From assembly GCA_039930845.1 (NCBI GenBank), contig JBDTTA010000001.1:1418-65417 (forward strand): a stretch of 64,000 nt of DNA, in the 5' to 3' direction. Each line of letters opens with the position of its first letter. Position 1 is the first letter of the stretch. Below are positions 8,821 to 19,084 of the stretch, piece by piece. Source of the stretch: Gemmatimonadales bacterium (GTDB taxonomy: Bacteria > Gemmatimonadota > Gemmatimonadetes > Gemmatimonadales > GWC2-71-9). The notes beneath the pieces are model-generated. The model worked only from the letters and a program-made list of their open reading frames with translations. It was not told where the DNA came from and did no database searches. Position numbers and translations under genes: made by a program.

Positions 8821-9170
8821 TCGGCCAGCCCCACGGAGTGGTATCTCACCGCATCGAGCACGCCCCGGTCCACCTCGCCCTCCGCCTTGGCCCGCGCGGC
8901 GCTGGCCGGGCCGTGTCGGAGCGCGGGCGGTCCCGGTGTGCTGGATGCCAGCCGCTCGAGCTCCCCCGGCGGTGCGTCACGCAGCGCATCGTGCAGCCAG
9001 ACCGCTCGGAGCCAGCGGTTTCGCTCGTTGGCGGGAATGAGCATGTCGGCGGCCCACGACGAGACGAGGGCGGCGACACGCTCGATGTGGGCAAGGCGCG
9101 CCGGAGTGACCACGGCCCAGGACGGGAGTGTCGGACGGAGTCCCGGCGCGGCGCGGCGTTCGTCGGGCAT
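8586..9170 (-). CDS. HD-domain phosphohydrolase, YqeK-like
   Basis: 194 aa with H..(ERVA)...LHDALRD...RHGPASA...VRYHS...YCADYLEPGR spacing, typical of YqeK-type HD proteins. TGATG junction with panC. Confidence 0.6.
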   Translation of the reverse strand: MPDERRAAPGLRPTLPSWAVVTPARLAHIERVAALVSSWAADMLIPANERNRWLRAVWLHDALRDAPPGELERLASSTPGPPALRHGPASAARAKAEGEVDRGVLDAVRYHSVGLAEWDMVGRSLYCADYLEPGRPWDVERRTTLARDYPTEPGSVLREVARDRVAGLVRSGWIIPEPTVRFWNSLVASPSASR

Positions 9171-10021
9171 CAGGGGAGCCCGTCACCGAGGACGATGTTG
9201 TCGATCAGCCGCGTGCGACCGACGCGCGCGGCGATGGCGACGATCGTTTCGGCACCCACGGCCGACACCGGAGCCAGCGTGCGCGGCTCGGCGATCGCGA
9301 TGTACTCCAGGCGCACCCTCGAGAACCGCGCCAGGCGCCGCAGCATGACTCTCTCTATTGCCGGAGCGCCGGTCTCGCCGCCGCGCCAGGCGGCGTTGGC
9401 ATCGCCGAGCGCGGCGCTCAGCACCGTTGCCTCGCGTCGCTCCTCCGCATCGAGATACGCGTTCCGGCTGCTGAGCGCGAGGCCATCCGCCTCCCGGACC
9501 GTCGGCACCACGATCATGTCGATCGACCAATCAAGATCGCGCACCATCTGCCGGATCAGCACCGCCTGCTGGACGTCCTTTCGCCCGAAACACACGACGT
9601 CGGGTTCCACGATGTGGAGGAGCTTGGCGACCACTGTCAGCACCCCCGCGAAGTGGCCCGGGCGCGCCGCGCCTTCCCAACGATCCGCGGTGGGACCGGG
9701 GACAACGCGAATTTCGGCGCCCGGCGGATACATCACGCCCACACCGGGAACGAAGAGCGCATCGACCCCGCGTGCGGCCGCCAGCGAACGATCGCGGTCG
9801 AGGTCGCGCGGATATCTGTCGAAATCTTCGGTGGGACCGAATTGAAGCGGATTGACGAAGATGCTCATGACGACCGTCTCGGACCGGCGGCGGGCCTCGT
9901 CCACCAACTTGAGGTGCCCTTCGTGGAGGTAGCCCATCGTGGGCACCAACCCGATCCGGTGTCCGGCGGCGCGCTCGGTGCGAAGCCATCGGCGCAAATC
10001 TGGAATCGCGTCGAAATCCAC
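9170..10021 (-). CDS. panC: Pantoate--beta-alanine ligase
   Basis: GLVPTMGYLHEGHLKLV...VMSIFVNPLQFGPTEDFDRYPR motifs. I prefer the GTG at 10021 (284 aa, 10 nt after the panB stop) over the ORF-track start at 10084, which overlaps panB. Confidence 0.9.
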   Translation of the reverse strand: MDFDAIPDLRRWLRTERAAGHRIGLVPTMGYLHEGHLKLVDEARRRSETVVMSIFVNPLQFGPTEDFDRYPRDLDRDRSLAAARGVDALFVPGVGVMYPPGAEIRVVPGPTADRWEGAARPGHFAGVLTVVAKLLHIVEPDVVCFGRKDVQQAVLIRQMVRDLDWSIDMIVVPTVREADGLALSSRNAYLDAEERREATVLSAALGDANAAWRGGETGAPAIERVMLRRLARFSRVRLEYIAIAEPRTLAPVSAVGAETIVAIAARVGRTRLIDNIVLGDGLP

Positions 10022-10031
10022 CGCGGGCCGC

Positions 10032-10841
10032 CTAGAAGCTGTGCTCGGAACCAGGATAACGCCCGTCCCGTACCTCGGCCGCATACTCCCGCACCGCCGA
10101 TCGGACCGTTTCCCCGAGCTCGGCGAAGCGCTTCAGGAATTTGGGATTGAACTGATCGTTGAGTCCCAGCATGTCGTGAAGGACGAGCACCTGTCCGTCA
10201 CAGCCGGGTCCGGCGCCGATCCCGATCGTTGGAATCGCAACTGACTTCGAAATGCGGGTCGCCAGTTCGGCCGGCAACAGCTCGAGCACGATGGCCGCCG
10301 CGCCGGCCTCCTCGAGGGCCCCGGCGTCGGCAAGCAGGCGATCGGCAGCGAGGGCGTCGCGCCCCTGCACGCGGTAGCCGCCGAGTGTGTGCACCGACTG
10401 GGGCGTGAGGCCGAGGTGCCCCATGACTGGTATGCCGCGGTCGACCAGGGCGCGCACCGTGTCCGCCATCGGCTGTCCACCTTCCAGCTTCACTCCGTGC
10501 GCCCCGGTCTCCTGGAGCACCCGGCCCGCATTCCGGATCGCTTCCTCGATCGAGACCTGATAGGTGAGAAACGGGAGGTCCACGAAGATGAGCGATCGAC
10601 GGGATCCCCGCTTCACCGAGGCGGCATGGTAAATCATCTGGTCGAGGGTGGCGCTGAGGGTCGTCTCGTGGCCGGCAAGCACCTGGTTGAGCGAATCGCC
10701 GACGAGGAGAATGTCCACGCCGGCGTCTTCGAGCAGCCGTGCGAAGCCCGCATCGTAGCAGGTGACTACCACGATCCTGCGGCCGGCGGATTTGAAGGCC
10801 GGCAGATCGAGGATATTCATCGGACGGGATTCAGCGCTCAT
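10032..10841 (-). CDS. panB: 3-methyl-2-oxobutanoate hydroxymethyltransferase
   Basis: 269 aa: VVVTCYDAGFARLLEDAGVDILLVGDSL.QVLAGHETTL...VDLPFLTYQ...GAHGVKLEGG. Confidence 0.9.
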   Translation of the reverse strand: MSAESRPMNILDLPAFKSAGRRIVVVTCYDAGFARLLEDAGVDILLVGDSLNQVLAGHETTLSATLDQMIYHAASVKRGSRRSLIFVDLPFLTYQVSIEEAIRNAGRVLQETGAHGVKLEGGQPMADTVRALVDRGIPVMGHLGLTPQSVHTLGGYRVQGRDALAADRLLADAGALEEAGAAAIVLELLPAELATRISKSVAIPTIGIGAGPGCDGQVLVLHDMLGLNDQFNPKFLKRFAELGETVRSAVREYAAEVRDGRYPGSEHSF

Positions 10842-11266
10842 CGTGTGCCATGCGATTGCAGCTCCGCCAGCTCTCGCAGCCAGAAGTCTCGGTTGGGCAG
10901 CTCGGGATGGGGAATGATAAGGTCGGGCTCGGCGACGCGCTGATCGCCGTAGCGAACGATGTCGAGATCGAGCGTCCGCGCTCCCCAGTGCTCGCCGCGG
11001 GCGCGCCCCGCCTTGCGCTCGATCGCCTGCAGCGCGTCGAGCAGCGCGTGCGGCTCGAGCCCGGTCTCGAGCACGACCATCTGATTGAGGTAGGGGGGCT
11101 GATCCAGTCCGCCGAGTGGCGGCGTCTCCTCGATGGCCGATTGGGCGAGGAGGACGGTGCCGGGCAGGTGTGCGAGGGCAACGCGCGCGGTGTTCAGGTG
11201 GGCCTCGCGGTCGCCCAGATTGCTGCCGAGCGCGACGTAGGCGCGCTCGCGCCGACGTGCCTCCAC
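10838..11266 (-). CDS. folK: 2-amino-4-hydroxy-6-hydroxymethyldihydropteridine diphosphokinase
   Basis: AYVALGSNLGDR...WGARTLDLDIV.YG......PDLIIPHPELPNRDFWL. The GTG at 11266 sits 1 nt after the upstream stop. The longer ORF-track start (11341) overlaps the upstream gene. Confidence 0.85.
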   Translation of the reverse strand: MEARRRERAYVALGSNLGDREAHLNTARVALAHLPGTVLLAQSAIEETPPLGGLDQPPYLNQMVVLETGLEPHALLDALQAIERKAGRARGEHWGARTLDLDIVRYGDQRVAEPDLIIPHPELPNRDFWLRELAELQSHGTR

Positions 11267-11267
11267 G

Positions 11268-13349
11268 TCAGGTCTCGACGACGAAATGCCGAGCGATCCG
11301 CTGCAGATCGGCCGCGACGTCGCCGAGCTCGCGAATCGCACGCTCGAGGTCCGACTGACCCGACGCCGCCTCCGACGCCCGTCGCGCCAGGGCGTCGGTG
11401 TCCGCCCTGGTACGGGTAGAGCTGGCGGCGACTCGTTCGATCTGTCCGGTGAGACCGCTCACCGCATCGAGCTGCTCCGCCGCCGTCGCGGCAATGGCCT
11501 GCGCGTGCCGCCCCGCTTCGCCGGTGGTGCCCACGATGGCCTCCAGCGCCTGGCCGGCATTGGCGCTCAACTCCTCCACGCCGGCCACGGCATCTCGCCC
11601 GCGGTCCATCGTCAGCGAGACGGTGGACACCTGCGCGGCGATTTCCTCGAGCAACGTGCGCGCTTCGCCGGCCGCGTGGAGGCTCTGGGCGGCAAGGTCG
11701 CGCACCTCGTCGGCCACTACCGCGAACCCTCTTCCCTCGGCGCCCGCGCGCGCCGCTTCGATCGCCGCATTGAGCGCGATGAGGCTGGTAAGGTCCGCGA
11801 TTTCCCTGATCGTCCCGATGAATCCCGTGATGCGCGCCGTGAGCGCCCCCAGCGACGCGACCTGATCGGCGCTGGCGGAGACGAAGCCCTTGAGCCCCAC
11901 CAGCCGGTCGATCGCCTGGGCGATCACGACGCGGTTCTTTCCCGCCACCTCCGCCGCCGTGCCGCTCGCCCTGGCGGCCTGCGCGCCCTGCGAAGCCATG
12001 GCGCGAGTGGCCGAGGCGAGGAGATCGGTCGCGCGGAGCCCGCCGGTCACGAACGCCTCGAGCTCGGTGGCCCCCTGCCGCATGCCCTGCGATGCGTCGG
12101 CGAGCGCGATCGCCGACGCGCGGAGCGACTCCGTCACGCGGACCAGCGCCGTCACCTGCAGGCCGATCTGGTCCACGGTGCTGAGCAGCGGGCGCCGGAG
12201 CTCGGCGATATGGATCGCGGTGGCCATCTGATTCGCCAGCGTGCTGAGCGCGAGGAGGTCCTTGGCGCCGTAGGCATGGCGCTTGGGATGATCCACCTCG
12301 ACGGTACCGAGCATTTCGTCGCCGAACCGGATTGGATGGATCACCATGCTGCCGACGTCGGGAATCGGCGAGCTCACCCGCGGATCGCGCCGGACATCCT
12401 TCACCACCACGGTTGCGCCGCGGGACATGGCCTCCAGGCGGAACGGTTCGGCGCCTGCGGGCGCCTCCCCCGAGCCCGTGCGCGCCAACGTCCCGCGGTA
12501 CGCGAGCATGGGACCGGTGGGCGTGACCCGGTAGACCCGGAAATCGGTCCAGTCGAGCAGCCGGTACGCGAGCCGCTCGATCTGTCCGAAGGATCCCTGG
12601 AGCGTGGCGTTGCTCGCGATCGACGCCTCCATCATGTGCACCTTGTTCAGGTCCTCCGCCCCGATGGCCTCCTCCAGAATCCTGCGCGTGAGCACGCCGA
12701 GCACGCCGAGCGCGAGGCTCACGGCGAGCCAGCCGGCGGGCGCGAGCGTGCGGATGCCCGCGACGATGATGACGGTCGCGATCAGCGTGAGCAGGTACGA
12801 GATGATTTCCCAGCGCAGGATCAGGATCTTCTCGACGTATTCGAGCTTGTCCCGGACCAGCAGGGTAAAGTAGAACAGGGCACGACTGATGAAGAAGTAA
12901 AGGCAGACCAGAATCGCGGCGGCGGGAAGCAGGTCGATCGTGAACCCGGCTCCGCCCCCCAGCGCGAGGACCGCGGCGTAGGGCCCGTACGCGGCCATGA
13001 ACGCGATGACTTCCCGGCCGGCGTTCACCAGACCGGCCCGCGGCAGCTTCCTGAGCCAGAGCACGTCAGACACGAAGACACCGGACCAGAGCCCGATGAT
13101 CACCGGTGTCGGCCCCACGCACACCGCGCCCACAAGCGCGGGAATGCTCGACTGCGTGAGATAGGAATATTTGCTGAGGCGCACCGGCGCCGCGCGCAGT
13201 GCCGCCACGGCGGTCGCCAGGAAGACGCACGTGAGCGGCTGGAGCAGCCAGCGGAGATCGGTGGCCAGCGCACCGGCGGCGATGGCCAGGCCGCCGAGCC
13301 ACAGCACCATGGCGTAGCGCTCGATGAGGCGCTGCAGATCGATGTTCAT
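11268..13349 (-). CDS. Multi-pass membrane sensor with GAF domain and methyl-accepting chemotaxis protein (MCP) signalling domain
   Basis: 693 aa. About 7 hydrophobic helices in aa 10-235. A GAF-like segment follows (...[13 protein letters not shown]...[18 protein letters not shown]...). The C-terminal coiled coil carries the MCP hairpin-tip signature [34 protein letters not shown]. No HAMP-like segment recognised. Confidence 0.8.
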   Translation of the reverse strand: MNIDLQRLIERYAMVLWLGGLAIAAGALATDLRWLLQPLTCVFLATAVAALRAAPVRLSKYSYLTQSSIPALVGAVCVGPTPVIIGLWSGVFVSDVLWLRKLPRAGLVNAGREVIAFMAAYGPYAAVLALGGGAGFTIDLLPAAAILVCLYFFISRALFYFTLLVRDKLEYVEKILILRWEIISYLLTLIATVIIVAGIRTLAPAGWLAVSLALGVLGVLTRRILEEAIGAEDLNKVHMMEASIASNATLQGSFGQIERLAYRLLDWTDFRVYRVTPTGPMLAYRGTLARTGSGEAPAGAEPFRLEAMSRGATVVVKDVRRDPRVSSPIPDVGSMVIHPIRFGDEMLGTVEVDHPKRHAYGAKDLLALSTLANQMATAIHIAELRRPLLSTVDQIGLQVTALVRVTESLRASAIALADASQGMRQGATELEAFVTGGLRATDLLASATRAMASQGAQAARASGTAAEVAGKNRVVIAQAIDRLVGLKGFVSASADQVASLGALTARITGFIGTIREIADLTSLIALNAAIEAARAGAEGRGFAVVADEVRDLAAQSLHAAGEARTLLEEIAAQVSTVSLTMDRGRDAVAGVEELSANAGQALEAIVGTTGEAGRHAQAIAATAAEQLDAVSGLTGQIERVAASSTRTRADTDALARRASEAASGQSDLERAIRELGDVAADLQRIARHFVVET

Positions 13350-14137
13350 GCGGCCGCCCCGCGGTCGAGCGCCTGGCGGAGTGACGCGAGGAAGCGGCGC
13401 ATCCCGGCGACACCATCGTGCCCCAGGACATCGACGAGCGCGCTGCCCACGACCACGCCATCGGCCAATCGTCCCACCTCGGCTGCCTGCACTGGCGTGC
13501 TGATGCCGAAACCGACGGCGACGGGAAGGCTCGTCGCCTGGCGGAGCTGAGCCACCGATTCCGCGAGACCCCTGGAGAGCGAGGCGGTCGCCCCGGTCAC
13601 GCCGAGGCGCGCCACGAGGTACACGAACCCCTCCGCGCCCGCCACCGCGGCGGCCAGACGTTCGGGGCGGGTCGTGGGCGCGACGAGACGGATGAGATCG
13701 AGCGGACTCGCCTGGACCGCCGACTCGACGGCGGGATCGCTTCCGGCCGGCAGGTCGGTGAGCAGCAGTCCACCGATCCGGAGGGCATCCGCCTCGCGCA
13801 GAAAGCGTTCGACTCCATAGCGGAGCACCGGGTTGAAGTAGCTGAAAATCACGACCGGGTGCGAGAGCTGGGCGCGGGCGATGAGCTCCAGCGTGCCGGT
13901 CAGGGTCATCCCCGCCTGCAAGGCCTCGAAGGTGGAGCGCTGAATCGTCGGGCCATCGGCGAGCGGATCGCTGAACGGCACGCCGACCTCGATGATGTCG
14001 GCAAACTCGTCCGCGGCGCGCAGCGCATCGAGGCTCTCCTGCGCCGACGGATACCCCGCGGTGAGATACGGGATCAGCGCGGTGCGCCGCCCGGCGTCAA
14101 GCGCCTCCCAGGCCACCGAGAGCCGGGACTCAGACAA
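13346..14137 (-). CDS. trpA: Tryptophan synthase alpha chain
   Basis: 263 aa: [11 protein letters not shown]...[18 protein letters not shown]...[16 protein letters not shown] start with an 8-nt overlap of the upstream HD-GYP gene. Confidence 0.9.
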   Translation of the reverse strand: MSESRLSVAWEALDAGRRTALIPYLTAGYPSAQESLDALRAADEFADIIEVGVPFSDPLADGPTIQRSTFEALQAGMTLTGTLELIARAQLSHPVVIFSYFNPVLRYGVERFLREADALRIGGLLLTDLPAGSDPAVESAVQASPLDLIRLVAPTTRPERLAAAVAGAEGFVYLVARLGVTGATASLSRGLAESVAQLRQATSLPVAVGFGISTPVQAAEVGRLADGVVVGSALVDVLGHDGVAGMRRFLASLRQALDRGAAA

Positions 14138-15587
14138 AATAGTCGCCGACCGTCAGGCCATACCGACCCGGGTTGGTGACCTTGACGATGGAGCGCCGGA
14201 ATGCGCCGGAGTCGTCCTTGTCGCCGAGACTCACCAGCGTGCCGGGCGGCGGAATGGCCCCGCCATTCACCTCCACGGCGAGTCTGACCAGCGGACGGTT
14301 GAGCTGCTGGCTGTCGGGATCGGGGGCGGCGACGATGGCGATCTCGAGCGTGTCGAGAATCACGCAGGTCCCCACCGGATAGACACCGATGAGATTCACC
14401 AGCGCCTTGACGAGCAGCGGGTCGTACCCGCGCCTGGGATTCTCCAGCATCTCCCGGAGCACCTGGTCGGGCTCGATGGGAATCGTCTGGTAGGTGCGTC
14501 TCGTGGTGGCGGCGTCGAAGCCGTCGGCCACCGAGACGATACGCGAGAAGATGTGGAGCTTCCGTGGACGGACCACCTTCGGATACCCGGTCAGGTCGGT
14601 CTTCATGTGATGCTCATGGGCGACGAGGATCGTCCGGAAGGGCACCTCGTCCTGGCTCTTCAGGTGGAAGAGGGTGAGCGCACCGAGCCACGGATGGCCC
14701 TGCATCACGCGCCACTCCTGCTCGTCGAGGCCGGTCGTCTTGTGCAGAATATCGAGGGGGACCCGTGCCTTGCCCACGTCGTGCAGCAGCGCGGTCATGC
14801 CGAGATCGTAGAGCTGGAGCCGGGAGAGGCCGAGCTTCTTGCCGAGGGCCACCGAGAAGATGCACACATTTACAGAGTGGGTGAACGTGTATTCGTCGTA
14901 ATCGCGGATGGTGGTGAGCCCGACGAGCGAGGTCTCGTTGTTGAGCACCTGGTCCACGATGAGCTGCACCGCGCGCTTCACCTTCTTCACGCTCCCGGCG
15001 CGGCCAAGCCGGGCGCCGGTGATCACTTCCCTGGTGACCGCCACCCCCTGTGAATACACGCGCTTGGCGGCCTCGCGCTGCTCCTCGGTCTCCGCCTCGT
15101 GCTCGTTGTGCGTCGCGCGATCGATACCGATGCCCTGCACCGCGCCCTGCTGCAGGCGCGCCTCCAGCTCGTCGAAGCGGGTATCGGCATCGCCCTCCCG
15201 CTCGGACAGGCTGAGGAGGATGCTCAGGAAGATCTGCCACTCCCGTCGCGTGACGGACGAGTGCACCCGGAGTCCGCCGATGTCGAAGGCCCGGAGCATC
15301 GTGAGGATGTGGCTGAACGAGGCGTAGTTGTCGAGCTCGAGCCGGAGCCGCGTGGCGTTGACGAAGATGAAGTCGCCCGCCAGGCGGAGCTCCAGATCAG
15401 CCTCGACCTCCAGCAGCGATTTGCCGGCGACGTCGAGGTCGTCGAGCGCCTTCTGCACGGTGGCGTTCTCCACCGGATACAGCTTGAGGCTGCGGAGCGC
15501 GGTATAGAGCGCGAGCAGCAGGGTGCGGCCGCCATGGCGGAGCTGTCCGTCCGACGCGCGCGCGCTCGCTTCGCCGGCGTGGCTCAC
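14130..15587 (-). CDS. HD-GYP domain protein (putative c-di-GMP phosphodiesterase) with N-terminal unknown module
   Basis: 485 aa. HD-GYP core THSVNV...ALLHDVGKARVP...QGHPWLGA...VAHEHHMKTDLTGYPK...ADGFDAATTRRTY. GTG start in a GTGA overlap with the upstream gene. Confidence 0.8.
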   Translation of the reverse strand: MSHAGEASARASDGQLRHGGRTLLLALYTALRSLKLYPVENATVQKALDDLDVAGKSLLEVEADLELRLAGDFIFVNATRLRLELDNYASFSHILTMLRAFDIGGLRVHSSVTRREWQIFLSILLSLSEREGDADTRFDELEARLQQGAVQGIGIDRATHNEHEAETEEQREAAKRVYSQGVAVTREVITGARLGRAGSVKKVKRAVQLIVDQVLNNETSLVGLTTIRDYDEYTFTHSVNVCIFSVALGKKLGLSRLQLYDLGMTALLHDVGKARVPLDILHKTTGLDEQEWRVMQGHPWLGALTLFHLKSQDEVPFRTILVAHEHHMKTDLTGYPKVVRPRKLHIFSRIVSVADGFDAATTRRTYQTIPIEPDQVLREMLENPRRGYDPLLVKALVNLIGVYPVGTCVILDTLEIAIVAAPDPDSQQLNRPLVRLAVEVNGGAIPPPGTLVSLGDKDDSGAFRRSIVKVTNPGRYGLTVGDYFV

Positions 15588-17263
15588 GACGCGCTCTCCC
15601 GAAGCGCGCGACTCACGGCGTTCCGGACCACCAGGTCCTTGTCCTCCGCGGCGCGACGCAGCACGTCGCGGGCCTCGACGGTGCGGATCTTTCCGAGCGC
15701 GATGGCGGCGCAGGCCCTGGTCTCCGACGCCTCCTTCATCCGCAACAACCCGCGTGGAAGCAGGATTGCGCTCATCGTCTTGAGGCCGGCCGCGCCGGCG
15801 ATGGCGCCGTACGCCTCGAAGAAGGCCATCTTTTCCGTGAGATCCATCCCCTTCACGCCCTTCCCGAGCACGATGGCCTCCACCCGGCGCTGCGCCCCCT
15901 TGTACCCCCGCGCCGCCACGACCCGGACCGCCGCCAACCGGACGCCGCGATCTTCATCCTCCAGCGCTTTCTCGATGAGGGCGAGCGCGGCCGGCGTGGC
16001 GAGCTGCGCGAGCGTCTGCACCGACGCCAGGCGGACGGCCGGATCCGGATGGAGGATCGTCTCGCCGAGTCCCGGGACCGTCTGATGGAGGTTGAGCCGT
16101 CCGCACACGCCGATCACGGAGACGAGCGCCGCCGAATCCTTGTCGCGGAGAATGCGGAGGACCTCGGCGGTGTGCGCTTCGGCCAGTCGGTCGGCGACGC
16201 CTTCGAGCAGTGTTCTGAGCGGCGCCGACGAGAGCACGGGCAGCCAGCCGAGGATCGGTTCCAGCGCCGTCGCACGCAGCTCGCGCAGCACTTCCGCCAC
16301 TTGCGGCTCGGTCGCGATTGCCGACGACTCGTCGAGCGACTGGATGAGCTGGCTCACGATGGCCGCCTCGCTCAGCCGGCTGACGAAGCCCTCCAGCCGC
16401 TCCCCCTGTCCCGGGAGAATCCCCGAGGTGCGGCTCGACAGCAACCGGCACTCGCGGATGATCGTTGCGGCAGCCCGGAAATCCCGGGCATTCAGGAAGG
16501 TGGGGAACAACTGCTCCATGATGTCGAGGATCTCGTCGCGAATGTCCTGCCCCTGCTCCAGCTCAAACAGGTCGAACAGGGCGGCGAGCGCCGAGGCCCG
16601 CACGTCCCGGCGGTATTCCTCCTCGATCTCGGCGGCGATCGTATTGATCTCGTTCTCGTCCAGGAAGTACAGGGTGGAATCGAAGTCCTCCACGTCCACC
16701 ACGCCCTTGGGGCGCGGCGGCGCTTCCTCGGCGGCCTGGGCGTGTCGCTCGCCCGCGCCACCCGCGTTGTACGTCCCGCTGCGTTCCGGCAGCGAACCGC
16801 CGCCTTCCCCGAAGAACTCGATGAACTTGTACTGGATGAACTGGAATTCCTGCTCCCAGAGCAACGTCAGCAGATCGTCCCCTGCATCCGATGTCAGGAA
16901 TCGGGCCCGGTTGATCAGCTCGAGGAAGCGGGACAGCTCCTCCGCTTCGGCGCCGCGGCGGAGCGTCAGCGAGCGCATGCCGTCCTTGAACACGCCCCAG
17001 GCGATACTCTCGCTCTTGTTCGGCTGATGATAGACCACCTGCTCTTCCCAGACGAAATCGGTTTCCGCCACCGTGAGGACGACTTCGTCGTGGCTCTCCC
17101 AGACCGGCTCGAAGGCCGCGCGGAGGTTGTCGGTCGAGCGTTGGTGAATCGGATTGTTGGGGAGGTACATGTGGTAGGCCCGGAGCGCCTTCACCAGACT
17201 GTTCAACAGCTCGGTGATCAGCGACGCCGGGAGTGCGTCCGCCGAGGGCGTCGGCCGGGTCAC
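15584..17263 (-). CDS. HEAT-repeat protein with N-terminal module resembling that of the adjacent HD-GYP protein
   Basis: The C-terminal half has HEAT/PBS-lyase-like repeats ([17 protein letters not shown]..., [17 protein letters not shown]..., [16 protein letters not shown]). I place the start at GTG 17263 (GTGA overlap with the trpB stop). The ORF-track start 17476 would overlap trpB by 217 nt. Confidence 0.6.
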   Translation of the reverse strand: MTRPTPSADALPASLITELLNSLVKALRAYHMYLPNNPIHQRSTDNLRAAFEPVWESHDEVVLTVAETDFVWEEQVVYHQPNKSESIAWGVFKDGMRSLTLRRGAEAEELSRFLELINRARFLTSDAGDDLLTLLWEQEFQFIQYKFIEFFGEGGGSLPERSGTYNAGGAGERHAQAAEEAPPRPKGVVDVEDFDSTLYFLDENEINTIAAEIEEEYRRDVRASALAALFDLFELEQGQDIRDEILDIMEQLFPTFLNARDFRAAATIIRECRLLSSRTSGILPGQGERLEGFVSRLSEAAIVSQLIQSLDESSAIATEPQVAEVLRELRATALEPILGWLPVLSSAPLRTLLEGVADRLAEAHTAEVLRILRDKDSAALVSVIGVCGRLNLHQTVPGLGETILHPDPAVRLASVQTLAQLATPAALALIEKALEDEDRGVRLAAVRVVAARGYKGAQRRVEAIVLGKGVKGMDLTEKMAFFEAYGAIAGAAGLKTMSAILLPRGLLRMKEASETRACAAIALGKIRTVEARDVLRRAAEDKDLVVRNAVSRALRESAS

Positions 17264-18462
17264 ACCGTGTGCCCCAGCAGCGCGGCGACGTGCGCGACGT
17301 CCTTGTCGCCGCGGCCGCTGAGGCAGACGAGCACGAGCGCGTCGTCGTCCCACTGCCCCGCCATTCGCCGCACCCACGCGAGCGCATGCGCGGTCTCGAG
17401 CGCCGGGATGATGCCCTCCGTTCGGCAGAGTGACCGAAAGGCGTCGAGCGCCTCCGCGTCGGTGGCCGATTCGCATGCGACGCGCCCGCTGTCGCGGAGG
17501 AAGCTGAGCTCGGGCCCCACGCCCGGGTAGTCGAGTCCCGCCGAAATGGAATGTGCCGGCGACACCTGGCCATCGGCGTCCTGCAGGAGGTAACTCAGGC
17601 TGCCGTGCAGCACGCCGGGCGAGCCGGCGCCGAGCGTGGCGCTGTGGTGTCCCGACTCGAGCCCCTCGCCGGCGGCCTCGACCCCGACCAGGCGGACATC
17701 GCGATCATCGAGGAAGCCGGAGAAGATGCCCATCGCGTTCGATCCGCCGCCCACGCACGCCACGACGCTGTGGGGAAGGCGACCGTAGCGCGACAGCATT
17801 TGTGCGCGCGCCTCGCGACCGATCACCGACTGGAAGTCGCGCACCATGCGCGGATACGGATCGGGGCCGACGACCGAACCGATGATGTAGTGGGTCGTGG
17901 GGACGTTGGTGACCCAGTCACGAAGCGCCTCATTGGTCGCATCCTTGAGCGTCCGGGTGCCCGAGTCCACCGGCACGACGGTGGCGCCCAGTAACTCCAT
18001 GCGATACACGTTGAGCCGCTGGCGGGCCACATCCTCGGCGCCCATGTACACCACGCACTCGAGGCCGAAGCGCGCGCATACCGTGGCCGTCGCCACGCCG
18101 TGCTGGCCCGCCCCGGTCTCGGCGATGATGCGCCGCTTGCCCATTCTGAGTGCGAGCAGCGCCTGCCCGATCGTGTTGTTGATCTTGTGCGCGCCGGTAT
18201 GATTGAGGTCCTCCCGCTTGAGCACAACCGTGGCGCCCACTTCCGCGCCCAGGCGCGGCGCCTCTGAAATCGGCGACGGGCGCCCGACGAAGTCGGCAAG
18301 CAGCTGTTCGTAATCCGCCCAGAACGGCGGATCTCCTCGGACGGAATCGTACAGCGCGGCGAGGTCGTCCAGCGCCGCGACGAGCGTTTCAGGCACGTAA
18401 CGGCCGCCGTACGGGCCGAATCGTCCGCCCACCGCTCGTTCAGGAGACAGCGCTATGGCCAC
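17260..18462 (-). CDS. trpB: Tryptophan synthase beta chain
   Basis: 400 aa: [13 protein letters not shown]...[16 protein letters not shown] (PLP lysine)...GGGSNAMG. Confidence 0.95.
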   Translation of the reverse strand: MAIALSPERAVGGRFGPYGGRYVPETLVAALDDLAALYDSVRGDPPFWADYEQLLADFVGRPSPISEAPRLGAEVGATVVLKREDLNHTGAHKINNTIGQALLALRMGKRRIIAETGAGQHGVATATVCARFGLECVVYMGAEDVARQRLNVYRMELLGATVVPVDSGTRTLKDATNEALRDWVTNVPTTHYIIGSVVGPDPYPRMVRDFQSVIGREARAQMLSRYGRLPHSVVACVGGGSNAMGIFSGFLDDRDVRLVGVEAAGEGLESGHHSATLGAGSPGVLHGSLSYLLQDADGQVSPAHSISAGLDYPGVGPELSFLRDSGRVACESATDAEALDAFRSLCRTEGIIPALETAHALAWVRRMAGQWDDDALVLVCLSGRGDKDVAHVAALLGHTV

Positions 18463-19084
18463 ACACCGCCCCCATGAAGCGCGCGATTTTCGCTGAATCC
18501 TTGATTCCCGGCAGGCTCTCGACGCCGGAACTTACATCCACGACATCGGGACGAACGAGTACCGCCGCCTCGGCAACGGTCGCCGGGTCGAGCCCGCCCG
18601 CCAGCACCATTGGATGTCCGGCCAGACGAAGACGAGCGGCACGCGCCACGGCCAGATCGAGCGCGACGCCCGCGCCACCGGAAAGATGCGACACCATCGG
18701 TTCCACGAGAACGGCATCGGAATCGGGCACCGATGAGTCGAGCACATCGACATCCGCAGGAGCGGCGATGCGTACCACCCGCCAGACCACGAGTCCCTCG
18801 CGCCGCAGCCGGCTCGCCGCCTCCCGGCCATACGGGCCGTGGAGCTGCGCCCCCTTCAGCCTCGCACCGTCACTTGTATGGAGAATCTCTTCGACGGTCT
18901 GATCCCCGAAGATACCGAAGACCGGGATGGCGCCCCCGGCACGCGAGATCTCGGAAGCCAGCGGCACCGAGATCTGACGGGGTCCCCCCGCAAAAACGAC
19001 GCCCAGGTAGGACGCACCCGCCTCCACGGCGGCCTCGGCGTCACCCGGCCGGGTCAATCCACAGATCTTGACCCTAACGGGCAT
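18440..19084 (-). CDS. trpF: Phosphoribosylanthranilate isomerase
   Basis: 214 aa: [31 protein letters not shown]...[11 protein letters not shown]. Confidence 0.85.
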   Translation of the reverse strand: MPVRVKICGLTRPGDAEAAVEAGASYLGVVFAGGPRQISVPLASEISRAGGAIPVFGIFGDQTVEEILHTSDGARLKGAQLHGPYGREAASRLRREGLVVWRVVRIAAPADVDVLDSSVPDSDAVLVEPMVSHLSGGAGVALDLAVARAARLRLAGHPMVLAGGLDPATVAEAAVLVRPDVVDVSSGVESLPGIKDSAKIARFMGAVCGHSAVS

